Of a stretch of DNA of 64,000 bases, positions 63,522-64,000 are shown one piece after another. The DNA is taken from assembly GCF_018977255.1 (NCBI RefSeq), contig NW_024704743.1:85376001-85440000 (forward strand), written 5' to 3'. The first letter of the stretch is position 1. Every line of letters starts with the position of its first letter. This DNA is from Callorhinchus milii (lineage: Eukaryota). The notes beneath the pieces are model-generated. The model worked only from the letters and a program-made list of their open reading frames with translations. It ran no database searches and was not told the DNA's origin. The translations under genes and the position numbers were made by a program.

Positions 63522-64000
63522 GTAGGGTTTTGTACGATTGTGTTTGGTTTACTTGTATTACCAAGATAATTGAATTCAGTGCACTGTAAGTAATTAGTCT
63601 GCATACTTTTGTACTGTTCACAATCAATAGGATTTTCCAAGGCCAGGCAAATGCAAATACATGATGCCATATACAGAGTGGCGTCTAAATATATTGGTTT
63701 TCCCTTTGAATAATACATTCTCTTTTATTGCTCTTTTGTCAGAAGAGGTTCACATAAAATCTTCTGGTGCAGCCTGAGGCTGCTGATGCTAGGATCTTTT
63801 CCCCTGCATATCGGGAGTAGAATTCAAAATGTAGGCTGCAACATCTACATGTTGGTGAACTGTGTCCTCATACCGTTCACTCTGCATGTTTTTGATCTCT
63901 GAGGTAGGTCTGTATAGGTGAAGAATGTATTGCGATATGTAGGGTTTGGACTGATCTGACCACCCATCCACAAATCAAGAAATATTTGCCATAAGTCAAG

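Overview
Vertebrate genomic DNA, not prokaryotic. The repeat inventory (L2, CR1, Deu-type and tRNA-derived SINEs with L2-type tails) suggests a cartilaginous fish, which is an inference. The window holds the promoter and 5' part of a septin-7 gene (SEPTIN7/SEPT7) on the + strand. A CpG-island promoter at ~12.9-13.9 kb is followed by coding exon 1 (13209-13239), a predicted 2-nt microexon 'CT' (24387-24388), and exons at 25132-25234, 42493-42599 and 63421-63521. The gene continues beyond the window. The spliced product reads [114 protein letters not shown](C/W)... The most notable signal is the frame-restoring 2-nt microexon, which lies at the end of a ~180-nt AG-free zone with a candidate distant branch point. 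Other content includes a 1.25-kb C-rich minisatellite directly behind the CpG island, several intronic hairpins, an unclassified A-tailed retroposon family (about 10 copies), a Gypsy integrase fossil and many L2/CR1/SINE fragments. Nearly all ORFs in the supplied track are spurious or repeat-derived. Repeat boundaries were read by eye and are approximate.
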